Assembly (NCBI GenBank): GCA_900766815.1
Contig: CAAFWV010000057.1
Coordinates: forward strand, 7,404-71,403
Origin: Lachnospiraceae bacterium
Lineage (GTDB): Bacteria; Bacillota; Clostridia; Lachnospirales; Lachnospiraceae
DNA length: 64,000 bases
Reading direction: 5' to 3'
The stretch's first letter is position 1. The number at the start of each line of letters is the position of its first letter. Under the pieces are notes generated by a model. It did no database searches and was not told the DNA's origin. It saw only the letters and a list, made by a program, of their open reading frames with translations. A program made the position numbers and the translations under genes. Below, in pieces: positions 20,280-29,763 of the stretch.

Positions 20280-21608
20280 TCAATTTCTGCTCTTAAGCTT
20301 CCCCTTAAGCTCACCTACAAGATACAACGACCCACAGACATACAGTCTGTCATCCTTACCCAGCTCTCCCCCAAGCTTCTCATAAGCATCCCGGGCATCA
20401 TTGTACACAGAAGCCCCGCCCGCAATAAGCGACAGACTCTTAAGTTCATCCATACCCAGAGCGCGGCTCGAATCTATTGGTGCAAGTCCTATACTGTCGA
20501 ACAGTCCCGACTCCGCAATAAGCTTAAGCTCCACATCCGCCTGCTTATCCGCAACTGCCGAGAACAGCAGCCTGCGCTTCCCCTTAACAGCATCCATCTT
20601 CACACTGTCAAGAAAAGCCATAACACCATCTACATTATGTGCTCCGTCAAATACCACATTCTCCTCGATAAACTCCATTCTGCCCGGCCAGGTCATACCC
20701 TCTAGGGCCTTGGCTATTATGGAACAATCGCGTGGTACTGACTTATTCATGATTGCGAAGGCTTCGATTGCCAGAGCGGCATTCAAAACCTGATAGGTTG
20801 CTATGGTATTCAGGTGCAACCTAACATTCTTATAATAAACAGAATTATATGAAAAATCAATCCCTTCATTGCTACATAAAAGGTTCTCTATGTTATGTCT
20901 ACCAACCTTGAAAACAGGGGCTTTCAGCTCTTCTGCAACCGTCTCAAGAACCCGGTCTGTCTCCCCGTTTCCTGACATATATACAAGCGGAATATTCTCT
21001 CTAATGATTCCCGCCTTCTCGCCGGCAATCTTCTCCTTAGTGTCACCCAGATATTCCATATGGTCCAGTCCGATTTCGGTAATGACGGCAATCGACTTAT
21101 TTCTCACAACGTTAGTTGCATCCAGTCTGCCCCCGAGTCCTGTCTCAAGAACTAAAACGGGCGCTTTTGCCCGGCAAAAATAGTCCATGGCGATGAAGAA
21201 ATACCAGGCAAAATAGGTTGCGCGGTAATTAATGCCCTCCCGCTCTTCGTTAAACGAATTAATCCTGCAGGCGATGTTCTTAAAGGAGCGCACGAACTCT
21301 TCCCGTGATATCATCTTAGAATCCAGCCTTATTCTTTCACGGACGTCAACCAGATGAGGTGATGTAAAAAGCGCACAGGACTCACCTAATTCCCTGTATA
21401 TGGAGTTAAGGTATGCGCAGGTGCTGCCCTTGCCGTTTGTGCCTGCAATATGGTAGATGACAGGGTGCCAGTCCTCCTCAAGATTAAGATAATCATAGAA
21501 GGACTGCATCTTCACAAAGTCGTCCTTATCGGCAAAACGCGGTATCGACGAAATGTACGATACCGCATCTTCAAAAGTATTTATTTTAATTGCGCTGATG
21601 TAATCCAA
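20280..21608 (-). CDS. folC: Folylpolyglutamate synthase / dihydrofolate synthase
   Basis: P-loop HIAGTNGKGST; Mur-ligase family architecture. Confidence 0.85.
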   Translation of the reverse strand: MDYISAIKINTFEDAVSYISSIPRFADKDDFVKMQSFYDYLNLEEDWHPVIYHIAGTNGKGSTCAYLNSIYRELGESCALFTSPHLVDVRERIRLDSKMISREEFVRSFKNIACRINSFNEEREGINYRATYFAWYFFIAMDYFCRAKAPVLVLETGLGGRLDATNVVRNKSIAVITEIGLDHMEYLGDTKEKIAGEKAGIIRENIPLVYMSGNGETDRVLETVAEELKAPVFKVGRHNIENLLCSNEGIDFSYNSVYYKNVRLHLNTIATYQVLNAALAIEAFAIMNKSVPRDCSIIAKALEGMTWPGRMEFIEENVVFDGAHNVDGVMAFLDSVKMDAVKGKRRLLFSAVADKQADVELKLIAESGLFDSIGLAPIDSSRALGMDELKSLSLIAGGASVYNDARDAYEKLGGELGKDDRLYVCGSLYLVGELKGKLKSRN

Positions 21609-23102
21609 CTAAAGTGCCCTTCTCTCTATCTGGTCATTCCTGCAGATATACTTTGTTCTGTATTCTTCTCTGTTGATTATTGCAACCGCGATGCCGATTG
21701 TCAGCATCGTATTGGGATAACAGGTGTCGTAAATCTTGATATTCGCGCGTGAGCTCTGAGCCATTCTGGTTGCAAGCTCATTCTTCCTACCGGTGATTTC
21801 CTCAAGCTCTGCGTAAACGGCAGTCTTCTTCTCGTTTATCTTAAGGATCTTCTCCTTCTGAGCCTTGTTTACACCGTCCTTCTTGCCCTTAACCAAGAGC
21901 TCGCTCATCTCTTCCACGAGGTCTCTGATCTTGTCCTTAGCCTTCTTCTCATCATGAAGGAGACTGCTGTATTTCTCATATTCACTGATTTCGAAGCCTG
22001 CATGGATTACGCTCCTGCTCTCAGTGAGGTTACCTGCATTCTTGATTTCAACGCCCTTAAGGCCGTGCACCTCGCCTCCGATCACACTGCCCTTCCTGCC
22101 CTCTGCATATACCATGCCTGAGGCCTTAACCTTGGAATCCAGGAAATAGTTGGCACGGACATCGCCTTTGGCCTTAATGGTTGCGAATTCTATGAATTCG
22201 GCGAATACAGAACCGTTGCTTGATACCTTACCTTCGCCTCCACCCTGAATGCCACGTTCAAGGATGACATCTCCGCCTGCATATATAGCTGCACTTCCGA
22301 CAGTGCCCGAAATGGTTACCTTACCGCCGGCTCTAATCGTGACACCGCTGTCAACATTGCCATGAATCTCTACATCTCCGAAGAAGTCTACATTGCCGAA
22401 GCCATAGGTTACATCTTCATTTATCTCAAATACCGACAATATCTCAATATTGTTACCGGACAGAGATATCCTGCCTGCCATCTTGGCATAGTATTCATCG
22501 CCTCTGCGTTCCACATGCTGGCCTCTAAGCGGCATTAAATCCCTGCAATATCTGGGCAGAAGCTCCTTGCCACAGACATCATTACCCTTGCTGCCCTGGA
22601 CTGCGGGATGATATCTTGCAATCAGTTCACCGACATTAACACTGGCAACCCTGTTCATGGAAGAGTAATCTACCGAACCGTCCTCCAGAATCTCAGGGGT
22701 CTTCTTTGATTCCATGTCTATCATGAATTCGAAGTAGCCTTCTCTTCCGGCTGTAACCTCCTTGCCTTCGGCTACGAGCACGTCTTCGTCATATACCTCG
22801 CCGCCTATCATCTCCATAAGTGCAGTTGTGCTGACACCCGTAACTACCCTGTTGTTGCGCAGAGCAGCCTTAACCTCAGGCACAGTATACCTGCTGCCGT
22901 CACTAATCGGATTCAGTCTGACATAGGCTTTCATTCCATCTTCGGAGATTGTAACAAATACTCTCTTACCTAGGACGCCTTCTTCCTCGTCATCATCAGT
23001 ATCCGCACCGGCTCCCCTGGTATCCTCTATGCCGGCTTCCTTCTTAAGTTGGGCTCTGAGTTCAGCTAATTCCTCAGCTGAAAGCTTCTTGTTCTCACCC
23101 AT
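21609..23102 (-). CDS. DUF342 / FapA-family protein (beta-helical GGxV repeats, acidic N-terminus)
   Basis: Repeated G-rich beta-solenoid segments (GNVDFFGDVEIHGNVDSGVTIRAGGKVTISG...), as in FapA/DUF342 proteins. Confidence 0.65.
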   Translation of the reverse strand: MGENKKLSAEELAELRAQLKKEAGIEDTRGAGADTDDDEEEGVLGKRVFVTISEDGMKAYVRLNPISDGSRYTVPEVKAALRNNRVVTGVSTTALMEMIGGEVYDEDVLVAEGKEVTAGREGYFEFMIDMESKKTPEILEDGSVDYSSMNRVASVNVGELIARYHPAVQGSKGNDVCGKELLPRYCRDLMPLRGQHVERRGDEYYAKMAGRISLSGNNIEILSVFEINEDVTYGFGNVDFFGDVEIHGNVDSGVTIRAGGKVTISGTVGSAAIYAGGDVILERGIQGGGEGKVSSNGSVFAEFIEFATIKAKGDVRANYFLDSKVKASGMVYAEGRKGSVIGGEVHGLKGVEIKNAGNLTESRSVIHAGFEISEYEKYSSLLHDEKKAKDKIRDLVEEMSELLVKGKKDGVNKAQKEKILKINEKKTAVYAELEEITGRKNELATRMAQSSRANIKIYDTCYPNTMLTIGIAVAIINREEYRTKYICRNDQIERRAL

Positions 23103-23134
23103 GTATTCACCGTTTTCCCCTCATGTAGCGGTAA

Positions 23135-25798
23135 TTACTTACTTAACTTATCTAACTGCTTTGTCACCTCTGAAAGCATCTGCTCGTACTTAGCTAACTT
23201 CTGCTTCTCCTCATCAACCTTTGCTTTCGGTGCCTTGGAAATAAACTTCTCATTGGCAAGCATGCCTGATGCACGCTTTATCTCACCCTCAAGCCTTGCC
23301 TTTTCCTTACCCAGTCTCTCAATCTCCTGGGCAATATCTACAAGCTCTGCAAAAGGCATATAGATATTGGCACCCGGAATAACAACCGATACCGCGTCAT
23401 CACTGATGCCATCCATGTTATCCTTAACAATAACCTCTGATGCATAAGCTAAGCTCTTAATGAAAGGCTCCCCGCATTCAAATGTTTCTCTAATATTATT
23501 ATCGGATGAAACAACATAAATTGTAGCCTTTCTTCCGGGCGAGACATTCATTCCGGTTCTTATATTTCTGATTCCCCTTATTGCTTCCTTGACCAGCTCA
23601 ATATCAGCTTCATCCTTAGCGAAATTATTATCCTCACTGTACTTCGGCCATGAAGAAATCATAATTGATTCCTCCTCAGACTGGAGTGTTGTGAATATCT
23701 CCTCTGTAATGAAAGGCATATAAGGATGCAGCAGCTTAAGTGCATCAATAAGCACACTCTTAAGTGTCCAGAGGGCCGCATTCATGCTTTCTGCATTATC
23801 GGAATTGTAGAGCCTGGGCTTAACCATCTCGATATACCAATCACAGAATTCATCCCAGATGAAGTCATATACCTTCTGTACTGCAATACCAAGCTCAAAT
23901 TTGTCCATGTTCTCAGTAACATCTTTGATTACGGTATTGAGCTTACTTATTATCCACTTATCTACAGGCTCAAGATCCTTATCATCAGGCTTGGTGATGG
24001 TCCTGCCTTCCATATTCATCATGATGAAACGGCTCGCATTCCATACCTTGTTGGCGAAGTTTCTGCTTGCCTCAACCCTTGACATATAGAAGCGCATATC
24101 ATTACCCGGTGCATTACCGGTAATAAGTGTCAGTCTCAGTGCATCTGCACCATACTTATCGATAATCTCCAGAGGATCGATACCGTTGCCTAAGGACTTA
24201 CTCATCTTCCTACCCTGGTCATCTCTTACCAGACCATGGAACAGAACTGTCTTAAACGGCTTCTCTCCCATCTGCTCATAGCCTGAGAATATCATCCTGA
24301 TAACCCAGAAGAAGATAATATCATAGCCTGTTACAAGCACATCGGTAGGATAGAAATAATCAAGATCCTCAGTCTTCTCAGGCCAGCCCAGTGTAGAGAA
24401 GGGCCAGAGTGCTGATGAGAACCATGTATCAAGAGTATCCGGATCCTGTGTAAGGTGAGTGCATCCACACTTGGGACATACCTTAGGCATCTCCTTGGCA
24501 ACCACAATCTCACCACACTCATCACAGGTATAAGCAGGAATTCTATGACCCCACCAGAGCTGTCTCGAGATACACCAGTCTCTTATATTGTCAGTCCAGT
24601 TGAAGTAGGTCTTCTCCATACGGGGTGGAATAAGCTTAATCTCTCCCTCTTTTACCGCTTTAACGGCAGGCTTAATAAGCTCATCCATCTTAACGAACCA
24701 CTGTGCCTTGATTAAGGGCTCAATTGTGGTCTTACATCTGTCATGAGTACCTACGTTATGTGTATAATCCTCTATCTTAACCAGAAGTCCGAGCTCATCA
24801 AGATCCTTAACTATAGCCTCTCTTGCCTCGTATCTGTCCATTCCGGCATATTTACCACCGTTCTTATTGATAGTGGCATCATCGTTCATAATATTGATTT
24901 CGGGAAGGTTATGACGCTTACCCACCTCGAAATCGTTAGGGTCGTGAGCAGGCGTTATCTTAACAACACCTGTTCCGAATTCCATATCTACATAGTCATC
25001 CTCAACAATCGGGATTGCCTTATTGACAAGAGGAAGCCATACCTGTCTGCCGTGAAGATAGGTATATCTCTCATCCTTGGGATTAACTGCAACCGCTGTA
25101 TCACCGAGCATGGTCTCCGGTCTTGTGGTTGCGAAAGTTAGGAACTCTGTCTCGCTGGGCTTACCGTTCTCATCAACCAGCGGATACTTGATATGCCAGA
25201 AATGACCTGCCTGCTCTTCATATTCAACCTCAGCATCCGAAATAGATGTATTACAAACCGGACACCAGTTAATAATTCTGCTGCCCTTATATATCCATCC
25301 TTTTTCATGCATCTTCACGAAGACCTCGGTTACTGCCTTGTTGCAGCCCTCATCCATGGTGAAGCGCTCACGCTCCCAGTCGCAGGAAGAACCAAGCTTC
25401 TTGAGCTGATTGATGATCCTTCCGCCGTATTCCTTCTTCCATTCCCAGGCACGCTCAAGGAATTTCTCCCTGCCTAAGTCGTTCTTATCGATACCCTCCT
25501 TCTTCAGCGTCTCGATAATCTTAACCTCAGTTGCGATTGACGCATGGTCTGTTCCGGGCTGCCATAATGCATTATATCCCTGCATTCTCTTATATCTGAT
25601 AAGAATATCCTGCATGGTATTATCCAATGCGTGACCCATATGAAGCTGGCCGGTAATATTCGGCGGTGGTATCACTATTGTGAAAGGTGTCTTGGAATGG
25701 TCCACCTCTGCGTGGAAATATCCCTTTTCTACCCAGTTATTATAGATTCGATCCTCCATCTGCTTGGGATCATATGTCTTAGCAAGTTCCTTAGCCAT
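23135..25798 (-). CDS. valS: Valine--tRNA ligase
   Basis: HMGH motif ([14 protein letters not shown]), KMSKS, C-terminal coiled-coil typical of ValS; 887 aa. Confidence 0.95.
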   Translation of the reverse strand: MAKELAKTYDPKQMEDRIYNNWVEKGYFHAEVDHSKTPFTIVIPPPNITGQLHMGHALDNTMQDILIRYKRMQGYNALWQPGTDHASIATEVKIIETLKKEGIDKNDLGREKFLERAWEWKKEYGGRIINQLKKLGSSCDWERERFTMDEGCNKAVTEVFVKMHEKGWIYKGSRIINWCPVCNTSISDAEVEYEEQAGHFWHIKYPLVDENGKPSETEFLTFATTRPETMLGDTAVAVNPKDERYTYLHGRQVWLPLVNKAIPIVEDDYVDMEFGTGVVKITPAHDPNDFEVGKRHNLPEINIMNDDATINKNGGKYAGMDRYEAREAIVKDLDELGLLVKIEDYTHNVGTHDRCKTTIEPLIKAQWFVKMDELIKPAVKAVKEGEIKLIPPRMEKTYFNWTDNIRDWCISRQLWWGHRIPAYTCDECGEIVVAKEMPKVCPKCGCTHLTQDPDTLDTWFSSALWPFSTLGWPEKTEDLDYFYPTDVLVTGYDIIFFWVIRMIFSGYEQMGEKPFKTVLFHGLVRDDQGRKMSKSLGNGIDPLEIIDKYGADALRLTLITGNAPGNDMRFYMSRVEASRNFANKVWNASRFIMMNMEGRTITKPDDKDLEPVDKWIISKLNTVIKDVTENMDKFELGIAVQKVYDFIWDEFCDWYIEMVKPRLYNSDNAESMNAALWTLKSVLIDALKLLHPYMPFITEEIFTTLQSEEESIMISSWPKYSEDNNFAKDEADIELVKEAIRGIRNIRTGMNVSPGRKATIYVVSSDNNIRETFECGEPFIKSLAYASEVIVKDNMDGISDDAVSVVIPGANIYMPFAELVDIAQEIERLGKEKARLEGEIKRASGMLANEKFISKAPKAKVDEEKQKLAKYEQMLSEVTKQLDKLSK

Positions 25799-25855
25799 TG
25801 TTATATCCTTCTTTGCTTAGATTTGTAATTTTAGTACGTATAGACATACACATTT

Positions 25856-25884
25856 ATCATATAATTTTGCATGCTCTTTGTCAA
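25856..25884 (-). promoter_or_regulatory. Sigma-A-type promoter of valS (TTGACA-17-TATGAT), about 60 nt upstream of the start codon
   Basis: Minus-strand sequence cgTTGACAaagagcatgcaaaattaTATGATaaatg. Confidence 0.45.
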
Positions 25885-26087
25885 CGAATCGCCTTGTCTG
25901 CACGAAAGGCAATTGTGGTGTCCGATTAGCTTAAGTTCCCCGCACTTTTGGCAGAACAAAGAATATCGCAACGCGATATTCTGCGCCGCTTTTGCGTCGC
26001 GTTAAGCGACATTATTCCACTGCAAAAGCGTGTGCATCCTGCCGGAGGCTTTTTATCGTATATGAAAGAAATTTCCTATACGATAAA

Positions 26088-26120
26088 AAATTCGGGAGCG
26101 AACAGCTCCCGAATTCCCGA
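26088..26120 (-). terminator. Rho-independent terminator after the PspC-domain gene
   Basis: Minus strand CGGGAGC-tgtt-GCTCCCG followed by AATTTTTTAT. Confidence 0.5.
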
Positions 26121-26168
26121 ATCAATATTAATTACCTAATCATTGTCAGTATGGTTTATACATATAAA

Positions 26169-26357
26169 CTATGCTTCAGGCATAATGATTGCTGCAATGA
26201 TATAAGCTACAAGTCCTGCTGCTGCAGTGAATACCGAAATAAGTACCCAGAGAAGACGTACAAGTGTTACGTCGATTCCGAAATACTCTGAGATTCCTCC
26301 GCAAACGCCGCAGATCATTCTCTTATCAAGTGACTTGGTTAACTTCTTATCGTTCAT
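26169..26357 (-). CDS. PspC-domain small membrane protein
   Basis: MICGVCGGISEYFGIDVTLVRLLWVLISVF is the PspC-domain pattern followed by a TM segment. Confidence 0.7.
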   Translation of the reverse strand: MNDKKLTKSLDKRMICGVCGGISEYFGIDVTLVRLLWVLISVFTAAAGLVAYIIAAIIMPEA

Positions 26358-26406
26358 TGTGATACCTCCATTAATTATATGATTAATAATAACATCCCTT
26401 GGTTAA

Positions 26407-27342
26407 TTATAACATCCCATTCCAGTTAAGCTCAATGCTGCCCATGGAACATTCAAGCTCATACTTGGAATCGGAATTATTATCTATTGCGCCTTCGCCG
26501 CCGCCTTCAAGCAGATTCTTGCCATTCATTCTTATGCTTCCTGCTGAAACCTCATATTCAACGGTGTGATCCTCAAGCTCACCTTCCATATCAAGCTTCA
26601 CGGAACCCATGCCACAGCTTAGATCCATATCCTTCTTAACGTCTCCTGCCAGTTCCAGATTGCCCATGCCGATGTCCGCATTAAGCTCATCCGCAAGGAA
26701 GCTCTTAATCGTCAGCTGTCCTGCTCCGACACTGATGTCAGTCTTGTGTGACTCAATTCCTTCGAAAATTGCCTGACCTGCTCCGAGGTCAATTGTAAGT
26801 TCATCTGCACTGATAGTAGTATTAGCATCAAGCTTAACGGCGCCAATGCTTATCTTGGCTTCCTCAAAGTATGTTCCCTTCGGTATTGCAATAACAACCT
26901 TAAGACTTGCAGCCTGCTTTCCTATGTTAAGGCCTATATTCGGACCGTCATCGCAGGATACGGTAAGCTCATCATCGTTAAGCCTGGTATATATAGGATA
27001 TTTGCCTAGGTTGGTAACAGATATCATGTCATCTGCTGCCTCTGCGATCACTACCTCCCTGGCGCCGAGGTCAAGTGTCAGTTCTTTAACTTTTGTCGCA
27101 TCATACTCAACCTTCTCATCCATGGCAAGCTTGCTTTCTCCATCGCCTCCCTTGATCAGGTTAAGACCGATGTCGGAGGAGTCAATATCAAAATCCCTGC
27201 CCTCCGATATCTTCACACCATCACGACCAATGTCAACATTAATCAGTTGTCCGTTATTCATTTTACCGATAATCATGAAGGCGATTCCGACCACCGCCAT
27301 GATTCCTATTACATAGAATATAATTTTAGACGTATTTTTCAT
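26407..27342 (-). CDS. DUF4097 (toast-rack / putative adhesin) domain protein with N-terminal TM anchor
   Basis: Repetitive beta-strand segments of the LiaF/YvqF-type toast-rack domain; N-terminal TM; co-operonic with DUF1700 and PadR. Confidence 0.65.
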   Translation of the reverse strand: MKNTSKIIFYVIGIMAVVGIAFMIIGKMNNGQLINVDIGRDGVKISEGRDFDIDSSDIGLNLIKGGDGESKLAMDEKVEYDATKVKELTLDLGAREVVIAEAADDMISVTNLGKYPIYTRLNDDELTVSCDDGPNIGLNIGKQAASLKVVIAIPKGTYFEEAKISIGAVKLDANTTISADELTIDLGAGQAIFEGIESHKTDISVGAGQLTIKSFLADELNADIGMGNLELAGDVKKDMDLSCGMGSVKLDMEGELEDHTVEYEVSAGSIRMNGKNLLEGGGEGAIDNNSDSKYELECSMGSIELNWNGML

Positions 27343-28067
27343 TATTGCCTTTCCTCTCTCTTTGCCGTTACCCAGTCACCAAGGCTCCTAAGCCACTTAA
27401 CCGGAAGCTTAACTGCCGCTACAATCGCTCTGATGATGGGCGGAATGATAAACTTAAACAGATTGACCATCGCAACGATGATAAGCATTCCGATTGAAAT
27501 ACTAAGGAATGCAGCCCCTATCGTAAATACCGCACCCATGGGATATGTAATGATTCCGCTAATACCTGCAAGCAGTGTAAGAACTCCGGCCACAATCCCC
27601 ACAACACCGATTGCAAATATAGCAATCAGCACACCTGCCACTGTGGCGATTATACCTATTAACACTCCGAGAATTCCAAGTAGAATCGGTCCTAAGATTG
27701 GGAGTGCGCAAATGGCAAGAAGTGCAATAATAATCAGGGTTGCCGGTGTGAAGCCTGAGTTCCTGTGCCTTCTTTCCGTTACGGCAACCTCACCGTAGTC
27801 ATTCATCTTCCTGGAACCTTCTTCATTAAGATCATGGTAGCCGGTCTCGGTGAACTCTCCATCACTTACATAATCTTCCTTATTTGCAAGCTTGATACTG
27901 GCTGCAAGCTTATGAACATCACCCAGCGCCTCAATAGTTGCTTCCTCATTCTCTTCGCCACCTTCATCAAAGTAGTCATTATAATAATTGATGGCGTCTT
28001 CTCTCTCATCAGCCGGAATATCTGCAAGAAGCGCCTCAAGCTCCTTCATATATTCAACTCTGTTCAT
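27342..28067 (-). CDS. DUF1700-family membrane protein (N-terminal cytoplasmic helical domain plus C-terminal multi-TM)
   Basis: MNRVEYMKELEALLADIPADEREDAINYYNDYFDEGG matches the DUF1700 N-terminus; 3-4 C-terminal TM helices. Confidence 0.6.
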   Translation of the reverse strand: MNRVEYMKELEALLADIPADEREDAINYYNDYFDEGGEENEEATIEALGDVHKLAASIKLANKEDYVSDGEFTETGYHDLNEEGSRKMNDYGEVAVTERRHRNSGFTPATLIIIALLAICALPILGPILLGILGVLIGIIATVAGVLIAIFAIGVVGIVAGVLTLLAGISGIITYPMGAVFTIGAAFLSISIGMLIIVAMVNLFKFIIPPIIRAIVAAVKLPVKWLRSLGDWVTAKREERQ

Positions 28068-28405
28068 TGTTCTCCTCCTCTTTACTTACACTCGATTCGC
28101 CGTGGAAAATCCCACTCACCTTACTCGCATATGTAAGCCACTCACTTCTGTATAAATTAAGCTGAGCATCTCCCCTGTCTGTTATCTTGTAATATCTTCG
28201 GTTTCTGCCGTTGATCTGCTTATCATATGTCACAAGGCAATCATCCTTCTGCAGCCTTCTAAGCACCGGATATAATGTGGATTCCGAAAGCTCGATAACC
28301 GATCTGACATCCTGGGTGATCTTGTATCCATAGGTCCCTTCAGGCTCCTTAGCAACAACTGCCAATACTATCGCATCCAGCAGTGCCGCACCCGTATTGA
28401 ATACC
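28054..28405 (-). CDS. PadR-family transcriptional regulator
   Basis: YGYKITQDVRSVIELSESTLYPVLRRLQKDDCLVTYDKQINGRNRRYYKITDRG is the canonical PadR wHTH; start set at MVFNTGAALLD. Confidence 0.85.
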
Positions 28406-28513
28406 ATTCGCCTTCTCCTTTCATTGTAATGACTGACAAAGATTTTGTTCTGATACTTTGTTATTCTGTTGTTTCGTACAATATTATATGTTGTATAATA
28501 TGTTTCGTTTTCT

Positions 28514-28524
28514 ATGTTATACAT
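28514..28524. promoter_or_regulatory. Perfect palindrome ATGTTATACAT in the divergent PadR/aldolase intergenic region (candidate PadR operator), flanked by 16-bp direct repeats CGTACAATATTATATG / CGTATAATATTAGATG
   Basis: Read directly; PadR proteins typically bind ATGT-N-ACAT type inverted repeats. Confidence 0.35.
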
Positions 28525-28586
28525 CGTATAATATTAGATGTCAATACATATTTTCAATTTTTTTCAAAATATTATTATTAATATTG

Positions 28587-29762
28587 ATGAAGGAATATGA
28601 ACAGATACTACAGAATATAATAGAAGCAGGGCTTAGGCTTAGGAAGGAAGGGCTGATTGTCCGAACCTGGGGTAATATTTCCGCACGTATAAATGATACG
28701 GAGTTTGCCATAACTCCAAGCGGAAGAGATTATTCAACTCTTACTACAGACGACCTTGTTATCGTCGATATCAAAACAGGTTCATATGATACTGGCAGGC
28801 GGCCCTCGGGGGAAGTCGGGCTTCACAGAGCCATATACGAGAAGCGAAGCGATACCGGCTTCATCATCCATACACACCAGGATTATGCGACAATCTTAAG
28901 TATCACAGGCGAGAACCTTGCAATAGATACTGATAATGAAATCTTCCCCTGTGCAAAATATGCCATCTGCTGCTCCGATACCCTTGCATCAAATGTATCA
29001 AAATTACTGACAGAGTATCCCTCTGCACGGGGCGTTCTCTTAAAAGGGCATGGATTTGTGGCCCTGGGAAATGACATGGAGGGCGCTTTTGCCATAGCAA
29101 GGGAGGTAGAAGAAGCCGCCAAATTGAGATTCGAAGAAACCTGCGGAAGCATTATATCCGGCTCGACTAAGCAGATGAAGAAGGATTACGGGCGAAGCAG
29201 GCTCGATGAGGGCTTCGTTACACTTACTATAGGAAGCAGCAGCGCACACTGGCCCGTTGGATATGCTGCCAAGTCAGACAGGAAGGCAATTCCACGTAGG
29301 CTAAGGACGGCTGCACTGGTGCATGATGCTATATATTCAGGGAATCCGACAGTAAGGAATGTGAGACATCTTGTTAACGATGCCATACTTACCGTAAGCG
29401 GAACCGATAATGCTACCTTTAAGAAGGGCTTCAGACCCTACACTGATGACCAGGCGCAGCTTATCGGTGATAAATTATGTCTGATTAATCCTACCTTCAT
29501 ATTCGGAAAGCTTACAAACGAAGGAAAGCTTAAGCGGATCGCGGCAAACAGCAATGCCCTGCTGCTTAAGTCAGGTGGTGCACTTATTTGGAACGTGGGC
29601 ACAGACGATGTCGATGCCTGCGAACGAATACTTACCAAGGGCTGCATGGCTGCCATATATGCAGCAGTAAGCGAAAATGCGTCAATAATACCGCGTAAGA
29701 CAGCATCCAAAATGCGTGATATCTATATTAATTCATACTCAAAGCTGAAGAATGGAGAATAA
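28587..29762 (+). CDS. Class II aldolase/adducin-family protein (AraD / fuculose-1-P aldolase-like N-terminal domain) fused to a C-terminal second, degenerate aldolase-like domain
   Basis: N-terminal GNISARINDTEFAITPSG...RRPSGEVGLHRAIYEKRSDTGFIIHTHQDYAT (zinc-ligand His pattern). The C-terminal half repeats the pattern (...LVHDAIYSGNPTVRNVRHLVND...) without the His triad. No SD upstream of the chosen ATG. Confidence 0.65.
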   Translation: MKEYEQILQNIIEAGLRLRKEGLIVRTWGNISARINDTEFAITPSGRDYSTLTTDDLVIVDIKTGSYDTGRRPSGEVGLHRAIYEKRSDTGFIIHTHQDYATILSITGENLAIDTDNEIFPCAKYAICCSDTLASNVSKLLTEYPSARGVLLKGHGFVALGNDMEGAFAIAREVEEAAKLRFEETCGSIISGSTKQMKKDYGRSRLDEGFVTLTIGSSSAHWPVGYAAKSDRKAIPRRLRTAALVHDAIYSGNPTVRNVRHLVNDAILTVSGTDNATFKKGFRPYTDDQAQLIGDKLCLINPTFIFGKLTNEGKLKRIAANSNALLLKSGGALIWNVGTDDVDACERILTKGCMAAIYAAVSENASIIPRKTASKMRDIYINSYSKLKNGE

Positions 29763-29763
29763 G

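Noticed and set aside
25800-26090. Looked for a T-box leader upstream of valS (expected for Firmicute valS).
   Set aside because: There is no AATTAGGGTGGTACCGCG-like T-box sequence and no specifier-loop architecture. A good sigma-A promoter lies only ~60 nt from the start codon, and the upstream hairpin is the terminator of the PspC-domain gene. A leader covariance search (Rfam RF00230) would settle it.
28458-28586. N-terminal extension of the aldolase ORF (MLFCCFVQYYMLYNMF…).
   Set aside because: It is a low-complexity translation of the AT-rich divergent promoter region that contains the PadR operator candidates. The real start is taken at MKEYEQ (28587) despite the lack of an SD.
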